Part shown: one piece after another, positions 47,039-57,637 of the stretch | Layout of the letters: each line of letters opens with the position of its first letter | Numbering within the stretch: position 1 is the stretch's first letter | From: Thermoplasmata archaeon | Lineage (GTDB): Archaea > Thermoplasmatota > Thermoplasmata > Lutacidiplasmatales > UBA184 | NCBI GenBank assembly: GCA_022750155.1 | Contig: JAKIWG010000006.1 | Span: 14,339 to 78,338 of the forward strand | Length of the DNA stretch: 64,000 nucleotides | Direction of reading: 5' to 3' | Made by a program: the position numbers and the translations under genes | The notes under the pieces: model-generated | What the model saw: the letters and a program-made list of their open reading frames with translations, nothing else | Databases searched by the model: none | Told to the model about the DNA's origin: nothing

Positions 47039-48112
47039 ATGCCCGCGCGAGGCCGCTCGGCCCCCCGACCGGCCGCCGCCGTCCCCGGCGCATGGCCGAT
47101 CTCAAGCATCGTGATCGTCTTCCAGGAGAATCACACCTACGACAACTACTTCGGGACCTACCCGAGGGGCGACGGGACCTCCGGAAAGCCGATCGCCCTT
47201 CCCGCGGTCCCCGGGGGTCCTCCCAGCGTCACGCCGTTCCACGCGTCCAACCCTCCGTCGAGCGACCTCAACCACAGCTGGCCGACGGCCCACGCCGACT
47301 ACGACGGCGGCAAGATGGACGGGTTCGTCTACGCGGAGCGGACCTCGGAGACGATGGGAGTCTACTACGGGAGCGACATCCCGCGGTACTTCGCCGCCGC
47401 CGACGAGTACGTGCTCTGCGACCGGTACTTCTCCTCCGTCATGAGCCAGAGCGCGCCCAACCACCTCCACCTCCTGGCCGGGACCGCGGGTGGACTCCTC
47501 GACAACCACGTTCCGGCGACGTTGCCGTTTCCGCCCATCTTCGAGCAGCTGGACGCGAAGAATGTCTCCTGGGGACTCTACAGCGACTACACGAACTGGT
47601 ACACGAGCTTCGACTACGTCCAGCGGAACGCCCCGGCGCGGGCGCGAATTCGGTCGGCCGCGCAGTTCGAGAAGGACCTGGCGGGGGGAAGCCTCCCCCA
47701 GGTATCTTGGATCATGGGGGCCGGCCACAATGCCACGGAGCACCCCACCGAGGACATCACGGTCGGCGAAACGTTGGTCGCCGACCAGATCGTCAACCCG
47801 ATCGGACGGAGCGGTTACTGGAAGGGCGTGGCGATCTTCATCACATGGGACGACTACGGCGGACGCTACGACCACGTCGCCCCACCCGTCGTCGACCAGT
47901 GGGGCTACGGGTTCCGGGTCCCCTGCCTGGTCGTTTCCCCTTACGCCCGGCCCGCCTTCATCGACTCGACGGTCCACGACCACACGTCGATCCTCCGGTT
48001 CGTGGAGAACCAGTACGGATTGACCCCACTGAGCACGCGGGACCGGAACGCGGACGACATGACCTCGGCGTTCGATTTCACCGTCCCGGGACGGCCGTTC
48101 GTGCCGATCTGA
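47039..48112 (+). CDS. Phosphoesterase (acid phosphatase/phospholipase C, AcpA-like)
   Basis: [14 protein letters not shown]; DLNH; GKMDGF; SAPNH; TEHP; [11 protein letters not shown]; GFRVP..VSPY; DHTS; TATA box GATATATATC upstream. Confidence 0.92.
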   Translation: MPARGRSAPRPAAAVPGAWPISSIVIVFQENHTYDNYFGTYPRGDGTSGKPIALPAVPGGPPSVTPFHASNPPSSDLNHSWPTAHADYDGGKMDGFVYAERTSETMGVYYGSDIPRYFAAADEYVLCDRYFSSVMSQSAPNHLHLLAGTAGGLLDNHVPATLPFPPIFEQLDAKNVSWGLYSDYTNWYTSFDYVQRNAPARARIRSAAQFEKDLAGGSLPQVSWIMGAGHNATEHPTEDITVGETLVADQIVNPIGRSGYWKGVAIFITWDDYGGRYDHVAPPVVDQWGYGFRVPCLVVSPYARPAFIDSTVHDHTSILRFVENQYGLTPLSTRDRNADDMTSAFDFTVPGRPFVPI

Positions 48113-48249
48113 CCGTTAGGCAGGGCCCCCAGCGCCTGACCCGCGCCGTCCGTGCCCTCGCGACCCTTGTGCGGGGCTCGAGGTTTCCACGTGGGAGCAT
48201 GCCCTCGAGTGAGGGGTCGAGCAATCCACCGATCCGCGGCCCGTACTCC

Positions 48250-49080
48250 CTAGGCCGGCGGCGCGTAGACACACGCCGCGGCCGATGCCGGATGTGCCAG
48301 CGCCTCGGCCGGCTGGACGATCCCGTTCATGAAGTAGGCATATTGCACGGTGGTCGGGAACTGCGCGTCGCCGCCGATCCACGCATCGTTCGCGTCGAAG
48401 TAGTCCCGGTAGACCACGCCGAAGTTGGAGCACGGGTCGCCGACCTCCGGGTTCGAAGAATCCGCACGGGGGTCGACCACGAGTTCGGCGATCTCATGGG
48501 AGAGCGCGAGGGCGTAGACGTCCGCGGCGTCGTCCAACGTGAACCCGGACCCGCCCGCATTCACGGTGAGGTACGGTAGACTGGCGAGGCTGTGGTACCC
48601 GAGTATCCCGAGCGTCCCTCGGGCGTCGGTGTTCAGCACACCGGTCGGGGGATTGAAGACGGCGAGCGCGTCGGTCGAAGGGACGGCGTTCCCCCTCGCG
48701 TACTGGTTCAGCCACCCTTGGAGGTCGGCGTCCCCATAGGTGTAGAATCCACTGGCGGCGTCCTTCGATCCCCCAAGCGGGGCCGAGAGGATCCCGAGAT
48801 TCGGGTCGACGGCGACCTGGTTCGGACCGTACAGTCGGGCGTACGCGGAGGTGTGCGGCACGATTCGGCGGGCGTACTCGACCGCCCGCGTGTAGTCTCC
48901 CGCGTTGACCGCGAAGGTCGACCCGTTTGGCGCCTGAAAGGTCAGCTGGACGAAATGGATCGTGCCCATGAACAGGGAGCCCACGGGGCTGGAGCGGACG
49001 CCGGCCATCGGCGCGCCGGCCCCGAGGCGTGCCCTGGCGGTCGACGTCTTGAGCGCGCGGGTGCCGCATCTTCGCTCCAT
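48250..49080 (-). CDS. Hypothetical protein with zincin-like motif
   Basis: GYHS...SHEIAELVVDP...EVGDPC; start either 49080 or 49008. Confidence 0.7.
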   Translation of the reverse strand: MERRCGTRALKTSTARARLGAGAPMAGVRSSPVGSLFMGTIHFVQLTFQAPNGSTFAVNAGDYTRAVEYARRIVPHTSAYARLYGPNQVAVDPNLGILSAPLGGSKDAASGFYTYGDADLQGWLNQYARGNAVPSTDALAVFNPPTGVLNTDARGTLGILGYHSLASLPYLTVNAGGSGFTLDDAADVYALALSHEIAELVVDPRADSSNPEVGDPCSNFGVVYRDYFDANDAWIGGDAQFPTTVQYAYFMNGIVQPAEALAHPASAAACVYAPPA

Positions 49081-49507
49081 ACTCCCCGAATCCGAACGCG
49101 GGATTTGAATCCTCTCCGTGGAGATCCCGGATCCGTGGGCCCGGGGTCGGGACGTGCGATGCTCCGACGCCCCGCCACGACGTTTTCGGCTCGAGGAGGC
49201 CGGCCCCACGGTCGGCCGCGTCTCGGCTCCCAAACCCCATCCACTTCCCAGCGTGGCCATTGACCGGGGGCACAGCTCGGATCAGGGCGCCGCACGCCCG
49301 CCCATGTCGAGTGGGTCCGGGGCTGGTCGGACCGGGGCGGCGCGGCGCGCCCTCCTCCTCACCACGACGTGTCCCGAGCCCCATCGACCCACAGATCGAG
49401 CGGGGCGAAGTCGCCGAACGACGCGGCCACCAGACGGCGCCCGCGAGGGTCCCCGGTGACGGCGCGGTCTGCGTCAACCCCAAGAGGTCGGCCACGGTGC
49501 CCCACCG

Positions 49508-50299
49508 ATGCCCGTCGGGTTCGAGATCGAGGGGCACGTGGCGTGGATCACCCTTAACCGGCCCGAAGCGCTGAACGCGATCGACCCGGAGTCCCACGCC
49601 GACCTTGTGGCCGCGTGGAAGCGATTCCGTCACGATGAGGCGCTCCGGGTCGCGGTCTTGACGGGAGCCGGGGACAAGGCGTTCTGTGCCGGCGTCGACC
49701 TCAAGCGGATGGGCGAGTTCTACGCGGGGGCCGCTGGCGGCCAACGCCTCGAGGTATGGAACCGCGAACCGGGGATCGGAGGGATCACCCGGAACCTGGA
49801 GGTCGGCAAGCCGGTCATCGCCGCCGTCAATGGGATCTGCCTGGGGGGCGGGCTCGAGCTCGCGCTGGCCTGCGACATCCGAGTCGCGAGCGAGAACGCC
49901 ACGTTCGGCCTCCCCGAGGTCCGCTGGGCCATCATTCCCGGGCAGGGCGGGACCCAGCGGCTTCCGCGGGCGATTCCCGAGTCCGTCGCCCTCGAGATGA
50001 TCCTTTCGGGGCAGCCGATCGACGCCAAGCGTGCCGCATCGGTCGGCCTCGTCAGCCAGGTGTACCCTCTCGCCCGCCTGCGGGCCGAGGCCGGGGCGAT
50101 CGCGAGCACCATTGCCGGACATCCGCCCCGGGTGGTCCGAGCCGCCCTCGACGCCGTCCGACGGGGAAAGGCGCTCCCCCTCGCCGAAGGGCTGCGGCTC
50201 GAGCAGGAGCTGGCCGATCCACTAAGGGACAGCCCGGACAACCGCGAGGCGCGGGCCGCGTTCCGCGAGAAACGACCCCCCCGATGGGCCGACGGTTGA
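49508..50299 (+). CDS. Enoyl-CoA hydratase/isomerase
   Basis: LNRPEALNA; FCAGVDL; KPVIAAVNG..GGGLELALACD; FGLPE; PGQGGTQRL. Confidence 0.95.
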   Translation: MPVGFEIEGHVAWITLNRPEALNAIDPESHADLVAAWKRFRHDEALRVAVLTGAGDKAFCAGVDLKRMGEFYAGAAGGQRLEVWNREPGIGGITRNLEVGKPVIAAVNGICLGGGLELALACDIRVASENATFGLPEVRWAIIPGQGGTQRLPRAIPESVALEMILSGQPIDAKRAASVGLVSQVYPLARLRAEAGAIASTIAGHPPRVVRAALDAVRRGKALPLAEGLRLEQELADPLRDSPDNREARAAFREKRPPRWADG

Positions 50300-50319
50300 G
50301 GCCGTCGGCCTGAACGGAG

Positions 50320-50826
50320 TCAGTCGCCGGACTCGAGCTCGGCGCACGTGGCGCGGGTGAATCGTTCGAGCAGCTGCGCCCCGACCTCGGAGCGGGCGTG
50401 GGCCAGGAGGGTGGCGGGGGGGGACGTTCCGCACTCCATCCGGAACTCAGTGCCTCCCTGGGTCACGCTCGCCACCGACGCGGAGGCGTCCGCGTGGGAG
50501 AGGCGAGGCAGTATCAACAGATGCAACCAGGCATCGGGCTCGCCGACCGGCGCTCCGCCGACCGGTTTCGGGGACCAGTCGATCCGTCGACGCCAGCCGA
50601 TCGTGCCCGGTGACGCGAACCCGGAGGGAATGTCCAACACCGGACCGATCCGGAAGCCCGTGAACTCCCGGCGCTCGGCCACGTGGAGCCCGGCCTCGTC
50701 GAAATCCTCCCTCAGCCCTTCGATGCGCTCCCGCTCGACGGCGACCGGGGGCGGGGACCCGGTGGGAGGGCTCGGGGTACCTTTCGAATTCGGGCCGCGG
50801 TGGGCTCGGTATGGGGGTACCGCCAT
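50320..50826 (-). CDS. Hypothetical protein
   Basis: Plausible globular C-half; start uncertain. Confidence 0.5.
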   Translation of the reverse strand: MAVPPYRAHRGPNSKGTPSPPTGSPPPVAVERERIEGLREDFDEAGLHVAERREFTGFRIGPVLDIPSGFASPGTIGWRRRIDWSPKPVGGAPVGEPDAWLHLLILPRLSHADASASVASVTQGGTEFRMECGTSPPATLLAHARSEVGAQLLERFTRATCAELESGD

Positions 50827-50936
50827 GGAACGAACCCGGACCGGGCACCGACTACAAGAATCCCGCGCTCCGCCCACGGGAGCTTCGCGCGGGGCCCGGA
50901 CGATTTCCCGCTACGCGGCGGGGCCGCCCGAGGAAC

Positions 50937-53477
50937 CTAGCGGGCGCGTGGGGAGGCGAGCCGTTGGGGCCAGGCCCTGCGGGCCAGGAGGCCGAAGATG
51001 GCCGCACTGAGCAGCGCTCCTGGGGAGAGCACGAGGAGCTCCAGCGGCCAGCCCGAGCCGGGCAACAGATGGAACGCCAACGGGGGCGTCCCGTTCGCCC
51101 TCAGCGCGCACACCCCCGGGATGGAGCACGGCGGAGTGCGGTTGAGCAGGAGAAACACCGGGGGCAGGGTTCCGGAGGAAGTGAGTATCACGAGCGTCGT
51201 GGCGCTCTCGTAGCCGGGGGCCGAACCGACCACCACCGCGGGACCAGGCGGTCGGAGGTCGGTGAACACGGCCGCTCCGGTGGGGCCGGTGGTCGCCGAC
51301 GCGTTCGGCGCGACGGTGACCGTCCCGCCCGCGATCGGATTACGGCTCTGTCGGTCGTCAAGCCACACCGTGAGGTTGGCGCCTCCCGGGGGTCCCAGGG
51401 AGAGTTTCCAGGTCGTGGTCTGGATCCACGGGTGGTAGGCGGGGCCGTAGGTGAGGTTTGCGAATCCGGGGGCCGATACGGTGACGCTGAAGTTCTCGGC
51501 GCCGACGGTCAGGTTGAACCACCCTCCGCGGCCGGTCTCGAACGACAGGGGAGCGAACGAGCCCGGGTCGAGGGGGCTCAGGAGTCCGCGAGCGCCGACC
51601 ACCGGGGTTCCGTCTGAGTTCCGTACGACCTCAATCCGGAGCGGGCCGCTCGCCCGCAGGGTGAGGTTCACCGACACATTCGCGTTCGGAGGAGTGAGTA
51701 CCGAACTGTTGGCGCCCGAGAACCCCGGGAGGGAGCCACCGAAGGTCAACCACCCGCCCGCGAACGGCAGCTGGAGGGGGCCCAGCTGGCCGGCGGCGTC
51801 GCAGGTCCCGAGGATCACGCTGGCGTCGAGCGTGACCGTCACGTCGGCAAGGGGGAACCGGTTCGACGCCGCGTCCGAACCCCAGCAGTGCACGGTGGCC
51901 GTGGGGAGATCCGTGAGGAGGACGGTCAAGCGCGCGGAGGGGAGATGAGGCGCAGTGAACGGGACCGTCCGGGAGTAGTAGCCCGCGTGGGACACCGTCA
52001 CGTTCCACCCGATGCCCGGGGAGACGTCCAGGGAAAGACTCCCCGTCGGGCCGGTCGACTGGGGGGCCGGGCTGCACGGGCCGTTGAACAGGACCGAGGC
52101 GCCGTCGATGGCCGCCGAGGTGGCGCGGTCCAGGACCGTGACGTTGAGCGCCGTCGATGGGCTCGGACAGGTGGGCGGCGGCGGGTTGGTGCCGTTGCCG
52201 AGCTTCGGGATGTAGCAGTTGGGCCATGGGGAGCCGGGGGATTGGAGCAGCCAGGTGAACGCCGGCAACCCCGCGAGGGAGGGGCTCGCCGACCAAATCC
52301 ACATCCCCGCACAGTTGCTCTCCTCCGGCTCGGCGACCGTCGGGTCGTAGAGGGGTGGGGGTGCGCCGTCCACGCCCAGCCGCGTCCACCGACCGGCGGC
52401 GGGGTCGAAGGTATACGTATCTCCGAACGCGATCGGTCCGAGGGGTCCCGGATGGAATCCCCCGAACAGCGTCGCGTCGTTCACCGTCGGGTCCCACATG
52501 AACGCCGGCGACGCCCGCGGGGCGATGACCGCACCGGTCGTGTTCACGACGCGCCACGCGCTCGCCCCCAGCTGGTAGGACCATACCGAGGACGAACAGA
52601 CCTCGCCACACCCCCCGAACAAGTAGAAGGTGTCGTCGACCGGGTCGAAGACCATCTCGGAACCGAACATCGGGGCCGGGGCGCCCGCGAGCGCCAGCCG
52701 GCTCCAGGCCAACGTCGACAGGTTGAGGAGCCACGTGTCGTTCCAGAGGGCCGCCCCCGTGGAACCTCCGAATCGGAATGACGGGTCGACCCCTCCTTCC
52801 AGGAGGGCGACCCCTCGGGCCGGGTCGATGGCCATCGCGGCGTTCTCGCGCGCCGACGGGGCCGGTCCTCCGGTCACGTTCCTCCAGCTCTGGGTAGGGA
52901 AGTCGAACACCCAGGTGTCGTTGGCCACCGCCTGGGTCGCGATGTCCGTGATCCCGCCGAAGATCGTCCCGATCCCGAGCGCGGCGTCCGAGACGTAGGA
53001 CATGTTCGCCCGCGCCGATGGGGAGACGCTCGGAGGCAGTTCCCACTCCGACCAGTTGAATTCGGTGGCGTTGTACTCGATCGTGACGTTGCCGAGCGTC
53101 CCGCTTCCGAACCCCCCGAAGATCGTCAGGTTGTTGGTGCGATCGTCCGTCAGGAACGCGCCGCCCTCCCCCTGGGTGTTGTTGTTGTTCCCTGCGCCGT
53201 AGATCCACCACCCCGTCAGCCAGTTGTACGCTCCGGAGGCCGACGCGGGGGCGAGCGCGCGGGCCGCCACTCGGTGCACTCCGGGGGGTTCGGGGCCGTG
53301 GGAGGATGCGATATGGAGGTGGACCCCGGGGGGAGTGAACGAGGGGCTGGCCCGAACTCCGGCGGCCCGCGGCAGCGGGAACGCGGAGGAGATCGCGAAG
53401 CAGACGACGAGGACGACCAGCCCCCATCGTGCCGGGAGGCCCCGGTGGCCCGGCCGCCGAAGAGGCGTCGCGCTCAT
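50937..53477 (-). CDS. Surface Kelch beta-propeller with carboxypeptidase-regulatory-like domains and C-terminal TM
   Basis: Signal; PSAR..M....IFGG..NDTW repeats; VTVSHAGY, VSAPGF, SAPGY repeats; TM anchor. Confidence 0.85.
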   Translation of the reverse strand: MSATPLRRPGHRGLPARWGLVVLVVCFAISSAFPLPRAAGVRASPSFTPPGVHLHIASSHGPEPPGVHRVAARALAPASASGAYNWLTGWWIYGAGNNNNTQGEGGAFLTDDRTNNLTIFGGFGSGTLGNVTIEYNATEFNWSEWELPPSVSPSARANMSYVSDAALGIGTIFGGITDIATQAVANDTWVFDFPTQSWRNVTGGPAPSARENAAMAIDPARGVALLEGGVDPSFRFGGSTGAALWNDTWLLNLSTLAWSRLALAGAPAPMFGSEMVFDPVDDTFYLFGGCGEVCSSSVWSYQLGASAWRVVNTTGAVIAPRASPAFMWDPTVNDATLFGGFHPGPLGPIAFGDTYTFDPAAGRWTRLGVDGAPPPLYDPTVAEPEESNCAGMWIWSASPSLAGLPAFTWLLQSPGSPWPNCYIPKLGNGTNPPPPTCPSPSTALNVTVLDRATSAAIDGASVLFNGPCSPAPQSTGPTGSLSLDVSPGIGWNVTVSHAGYYSRTVPFTAPHLPSARLTVLLTDLPTATVHCWGSDAASNRFPLADVTVTLDASVILGTCDAAGQLGPLQLPFAGGWLTFGGSLPGFSGANSSVLTPPNANVSVNLTLRASGPLRIEVVRNSDGTPVVGARGLLSPLDPGSFAPLSFETGRGGWFNLTVGAENFSVTVSAPGFANLTYGPAYHPWIQTTTWKLSLGPPGGANLTVWLDDRQSRNPIAGGTVTVAPNASATTGPTGAAVFTDLRPPGPAVVVGSAPGYESATTLVILTSSGTLPPVFLLLNRTPPCSIPGVCALRANGTPPLAFHLLPGSGWPLELLVLSPGALLSAAIFGLLARRAWPQRLASPRAR

Positions 53478-53827
53478 CGGTGGACGCCCTCCTGGGCGAT
53501 CCGCCGGGGATCCCCCGTCAGCAGCTTCGTCCACGAGGCGCGGGTGGAAGCGAGGGACCCCGGGGTACCGGTCAGGAGATGCTGGATGCGTCCGTTGCTC
53601 CACTCGAGGAACACTTGGGGGATCAGGTAGTCCTCGGTCCAGTCGCCGTGCGCCTCCACGAGATGGTCGGCGAGCCGCTCCTGCTCCCGGACGTCGATGT
53701 CGAGCAGTCGTAGCGGGACCTCGAGCTTCTTCGCGAGGAGCGGAGCCCGCTCGGTCGACATCGGGGTGGAGTGCGGACACCAGTCCGCGTAGACGAGGTC
53801 GAGCCGTACCGGCTTCGGTTCGGTCAT
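53474..53827 (-). CDS. Thioredoxin-fold protein with CxxS motif
   Basis: LVYADWCPHS; YLIPQVF cis-Pro loop; GGAGG RBS; stop overlaps the next ATG. Confidence 0.78.
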   Translation of the reverse strand: MTEPKPVRLDLVYADWCPHSTPMSTERAPLLAKKLEVPLRLLDIDVREQERLADHLVEAHGDWTEDYLIPQVFLEWSNGRIQHLLTGTPGSLASTRASWTKLLTGDPRRIAQEGVHR

Positions 53828-53931
53828 CCCCGACCTCCTACCCCCCTAGGCTCCCGAGAAGCCTTGAGGATGCCTTCTCAGGTCGCAGCGCGGCCGCCCG
53901 CTCAAATACCGGCGCCGCGGTCGGCCGCCCG

Positions 53932-54255
53932 ATGGTCCGTCGGGGAGCGGCCCGCACACGCAAGCCCACGCGGACCTCGCCCGCTCGACGGAGCGCGAGC
54001 CCGCCCAGACCTTCGCCCTCGGTGCCCGGTAGCATCCCCCCCGCGGTCCACGCGCCGGACGTCCTTCGCGAAGAGCCTCACGCCCACATGGTGTGCCGCA
54101 ACTGTGGGCGGATCGCGAGCGTGACGCTGACCCAGCTCGACCTCTTTGAACTCGAACGGCTCGCCGGGCGCCGACCGCCGCGGTGGTCCGTCGATGGGGT
54201 CACCTTCTCCCTGACTGGCCTCTGCCCGAATTGCCGCACCCTCCGCCTCCGCTGA
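53932..54255 (+). CDS. Stand-alone Fur-type metal-binding/dimerisation domain
   Basis: HAHMVCRNCGRI...FSLTGLCPNC; basic disordered N-terminus in place of the wHTH. Confidence 0.72.
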   Translation: MVRRGAARTRKPTRTSPARRSASPPRPSPSVPGSIPPAVHAPDVLREEPHAHMVCRNCGRIASVTLTQLDLFELERLAGRRPPRWSVDGVTFSLTGLCPNCRTLRLR

Positions 54256-54293
54256 ACCGGAGCGGAATCGTTCCCCGGGGCGGAGCCGACGCG

Positions 54294-55448
54294 ATGATGG
54301 GCTTCCTGACGGTTCCGCGACTGGCGTTCGGGGCGGGAGCGCTCGAGCAGTTGAGCGCGCTGGGGGCACGCCGAGCCCTCGTCATCGTCGACCCGAACGT
54401 GGCCCGGCTCGGAAAGGAGCGGCGGGCGATCGAGGAACTCCAGAAGACCGATACGACGCTCGAGCTCTGGGCCGGCCCCCCTGTCGACCCCTCGACGGAG
54501 GACCTGGCGCCGGGCGTCGCCCTGGCGACGAGCCTGCAACCGGACTGGATCTTGGCGGTCGGCGGCGGGAGCACGATCGACGCCGCGAAGGGCGTCTGGG
54601 TGCGCTACGAGCGGCTCGAGCTCTCCCTCGACGGTCTGACCCCTCTGATAGAACTGGGGCTCCGTCGAAAGGCGCGCTTCGTGGCGGTCCCGACGACGAG
54701 CGGGAGCGGTGCCGAGGCCTCGTGGACCGCGACGTTCCGAAGGGAGGGCGGCCTCCCCGTCGAGGTCGCTTCCCGGGAACTCGTGCCCGATTGGGCGCTC
54801 CTCGACCCGTCGCTCGCGTGGACGATGCCCCCGGAAGTCACGGCGGATTCCGGCGCCCAGGTACTCGCCCACGCCTTCGAGGCGATCGCTTCGGAGTGGT
54901 CCCATCCGTTCTCCGACGCCCTCGCCCGCGAGGCCCTCGTCGCCGCGCTCACCCACCTCCCCCGGGTGGCGAAACATCCCGACGACGAGGAAGCTCGGAG
55001 CGCGGTCCATTACGCCGCGACCATGGCGGGGGTGGCGATCTCCAACTCCCAGGTGGGCGTGGCGCATGCGCTCGCCACGGCGCTGGCCTCCGAGTTCCGG
55101 ATCCCCCGCGGGCGCCTGCTCGGTGTACTCCTTCCATTTGTCCTCGAGTACAATTTTCCCGCCGCCCGAGACCGATACGGGACCCTCGCCCCGCTCCTGG
55201 GGTCGGGCGCCGTCCAGCATCGCGCCGCCCTCCCGGACCGCATCCGCCCGGTGCTCCAGCAGCTCGGAATCCCTCCCACCCTCGAAGCGGCGGGGATCTC
55301 CGCCTCCCACCTCGTTCCTCTCCTGCCGCTCCTGGCCGAGCGGGCCTCCAAGAGCCCCGGGGCGGTGTCGAACCCTCGGGTCCCGTCGCTCGAGGAGTTG
55401 ACCGGTCTCCTCGAGCTCGCCCTCCGGGGTGGGCACGTCCACTTCTGA
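54294..55448 (+). CDS. Iron-containing alcohol dehydrogenase family protein with altered metal ligands
   Basis: FGAGAL; AVGGGSTIDAAK; VPTTSGSGAE; ALLDP; NPR. Confidence 0.88.
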   Translation: MMGFLTVPRLAFGAGALEQLSALGARRALVIVDPNVARLGKERRAIEELQKTDTTLELWAGPPVDPSTEDLAPGVALATSLQPDWILAVGGGSTIDAAKGVWVRYERLELSLDGLTPLIELGLRRKARFVAVPTTSGSGAEASWTATFRREGGLPVEVASRELVPDWALLDPSLAWTMPPEVTADSGAQVLAHAFEAIASEWSHPFSDALAREALVAALTHLPRVAKHPDDEEARSAVHYAATMAGVAISNSQVGVAHALATALASEFRIPRGRLLGVLLPFVLEYNFPAARDRYGTLAPLLGSGAVQHRAALPDRIRPVLQQLGIPPTLEAAGISASHLVPLLPLLAERASKSPGAVSNPRVPSLEELTGLLELALRGGHVHF

Positions 55449-55495
55449 ACGTGGAGCGCGGGAGGGGAGGCGAGCTCGGGGCCCCCCCCACTCGG

Positions 55496-56365
55496 CTATC
55501 GGGGCGGCATGCGATTCCGACGACCTCGGGCCATGCGAGCCCTAACCATCGTATTGGCGAACGAAGGGAGTCCGGCGAGCGGACCGGACGGCGTGCGCGC
55601 GGGGGGTGCGCGACGCCCGCGCGCGCTCCAGGCACCGAGCGCCCCCGTCGTCGCGCCGGCCCCGATCCCGGCCAGCAGGATCGGCCAGGGCGTCGCGGGG
55701 GCGGTGGCGACCGCGGCCGGAGGCGGAGAGAGGAACAGGTAGAGGGTGACGGGAGCGCCGTCCACCACGACCGACGTCGTCGAGCTCTGGTAGCCCGGCC
55801 CGGATACGGTCACGGAATAAGTCCCGTTCTCGAGATTCAACCGGTAGGTGCCCGTCGTGCTGGAGGTCGTGACCACGTCTCCCGGGTTCGCCACCACCAC
55901 GAACCCGGCGAGCCCGACCGAGTCGCCGCGGTCCACCACCGCGCCGTGGAGCGCGAAGACGAACGGTTGGAGCGTGACGTTCACCGGGGGTGCTCCCGCG
56001 TGGTAGACGATGGTCAGGGTCGCGGAGTGGTACCCCGGGGCGCTCACGGCGAGCGTCACCGACCCGTTCGGCACGGCGAGGGAGAATCCCCCGTTGGCCG
56101 TCGTGAGGGTCGAGGGGCCGGTGCTCGCCGCCACCGTCGCACCCGCGACGGGCCTCGCGGTGAGGCCGTCGACCACGGAACCGAGGAGCGGAGAGCCGGC
56201 GGAGGCCGCCGAGGGGGAGCCGAGGCTCTCAGGGGTCAGGACGGCCGCCGCCGTCGTCGCGGCCGCGCCACCCAATGCCCCGAGGCAGACCATGAACAGG
56301 AGAAATCGGCGCACACACTCCAAGACGCCCCGGGGGGGGTTTTGGACCTTTGGGTGAGTTCTCAA
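55496..56365 (-). CDS. Surface protein with two carboxypeptidase-regulatory-like domains and TM anchor
   Basis: G.VVD....PVAGATV; VSAPGY; NGTYSVTVSGPGY; C-terminal TM; start uncertain. Confidence 0.78.
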   Translation of the reverse strand: MRTHPKVQNPPRGVLECVRRFLLFMVCLGALGGAAATTAAAVLTPESLGSPSAASAGSPLLGSVVDGLTARPVAGATVAASTGPSTLTTANGGFSLAVPNGSVTLAVSAPGYHSATLTIVYHAGAPPVNVTLQPFVFALHGAVVDRGDSVGLAGFVVVANPGDVVTTSSTTGTYRLNLENGTYSVTVSGPGYQSSTTSVVVDGAPVTLYLFLSPPPAAVATAPATPWPILLAGIGAGATTGALGAWSARGRRAPPARTPSGPLAGLPSFANTMVRARMARGRRNRMPPR

Positions 56366-56408
56366 TCGGACGGAACGGTCCCGGTCGACGGATCAGCGGG
56401 ACGGACGT

Positions 56409-57497
56409 CTATGCGACGGAAGCAGGCGCCGCGAGCGCCCTGCCCTCCCCCTTGCGGGGGGCCGTCGCCGGGACCTCCCGGTTCTCGACGGCGTGGTTGA
56501 TGGCGATCTCGGCGAGGTCGCTCGCGTACGACGCGCTCCGCTCCAGGCTCTCGAGGACGTAGGCGAGGCTGACCGCGAGCCGCCCCCGCTTCGTGGAGAG
56601 CTCGCGAAGGATCTTCTCCCGCTCGCGGGTCACGCGGTGGGCGTGGTCGACGACCGCATTGGCGCGGGCGATGTCCTTCGTTTCGAGGGCATCGAGCGCT
56701 TCCGAGAGCGTCGACGAGGCCTCCGCGGAAAGGGCGTCGAGCTCCCCGACGAGCGAGGGAGGCGGCTTTTCCTTCCCGAGCATGGCGACGGTATCCGCGA
56801 TCCGCACCGCGTGGTCGGCGATGCGTTCCAACACGCGGGAAGCGAGCAGGTAGGTCGAGCACTCCGGAAGGGTGAGGCCGAGGCTCGTGAGCATCCGTGC
56901 GTCGCGGAGGGCCGTCGTGACCTGCTTCTGTACGAACCAGTGCAGTCGGTCGACCTCCCAGTCCCTCTCGACGACGTCGCGGGCGATCGATTCATCCTGG
57001 GCACGGAACGCGGCCATCGCGTCGGACTGCATGGCGCGGACCATCTGGTGCATCCGCCGGATCACCGAGGGGATCGGGAGCGGGTTGGTGCCGATCACGT
57101 CCTGGAGCACCACCGCGTCCGCCGTCTCCTCGAGGATCTCCGGACCGATCATCCGCTGGGCGAAGGACCGCACGACGTCGCGCGTGTGCGGGCTCATCCG
57201 GGCCGGGGTCCGCACCTCGAGGAGGGGCGCGCCCGCGATGTACTCGGCGATGAGGATCCGGAATAGGTGGTCCTCGTTCATGTCGTTGGTCACGTGGACG
57301 ACCCGCCGGGTCGATTCGGCCCTCGGACCCTCCTCGGCGTAGACCGCGAGCGACCCGTCCGAGCGAGGGGTGAACAGCAGCACGTCGCCTGCGTGCAGGC
57401 CGCGGCTCACGACCCAGGTCTTCGGGAGGGAGACGATGAACGTGGAGCCTCCCGTCTTCTGGATCCGGCGCCCGTGGAATCCCCCCGTCGTTCGCAT
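56409..57497 (-). CDS. phoU: AbrB-PhoU regulator, second paralog
   Basis: RRIQKTGGSTFIVSLPKTW; RDWEVDRLHW; LERIADHA; ESLERSASYASDLAE. Confidence 0.92.
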   Translation of the reverse strand: MRTTGGFHGRRIQKTGGSTFIVSLPKTWVVSRGLHAGDVLLFTPRSDGSLAVYAEEGPRAESTRRVVHVTNDMNEDHLFRILIAEYIAGAPLLEVRTPARMSPHTRDVVRSFAQRMIGPEILEETADAVVLQDVIGTNPLPIPSVIRRMHQMVRAMQSDAMAAFRAQDESIARDVVERDWEVDRLHWFVQKQVTTALRDARMLTSLGLTLPECSTYLLASRVLERIADHAVRIADTVAMLGKEKPPPSLVGELDALSAEASSTLSEALDALETKDIARANAVVDHAHRVTREREKILRELSTKRGRLAVSLAYVLESLERSASYASDLAEIAINHAVENREVPATAPRKGEGRALAAPASVA

Positions 57498-57637
57498 GCG
57501 GCTCGGATTGCACTTCTCCCTATACTATATAGATTGTCCAAGTCGCCCCCACACGGCTCGCCCGGGCTCTCGCGGAACCACCCCGTAGCTCCGGCGCGCC
57601 GCTCTAATACCGGTGCGCCCGGTCCGCTCTGTTCTCC

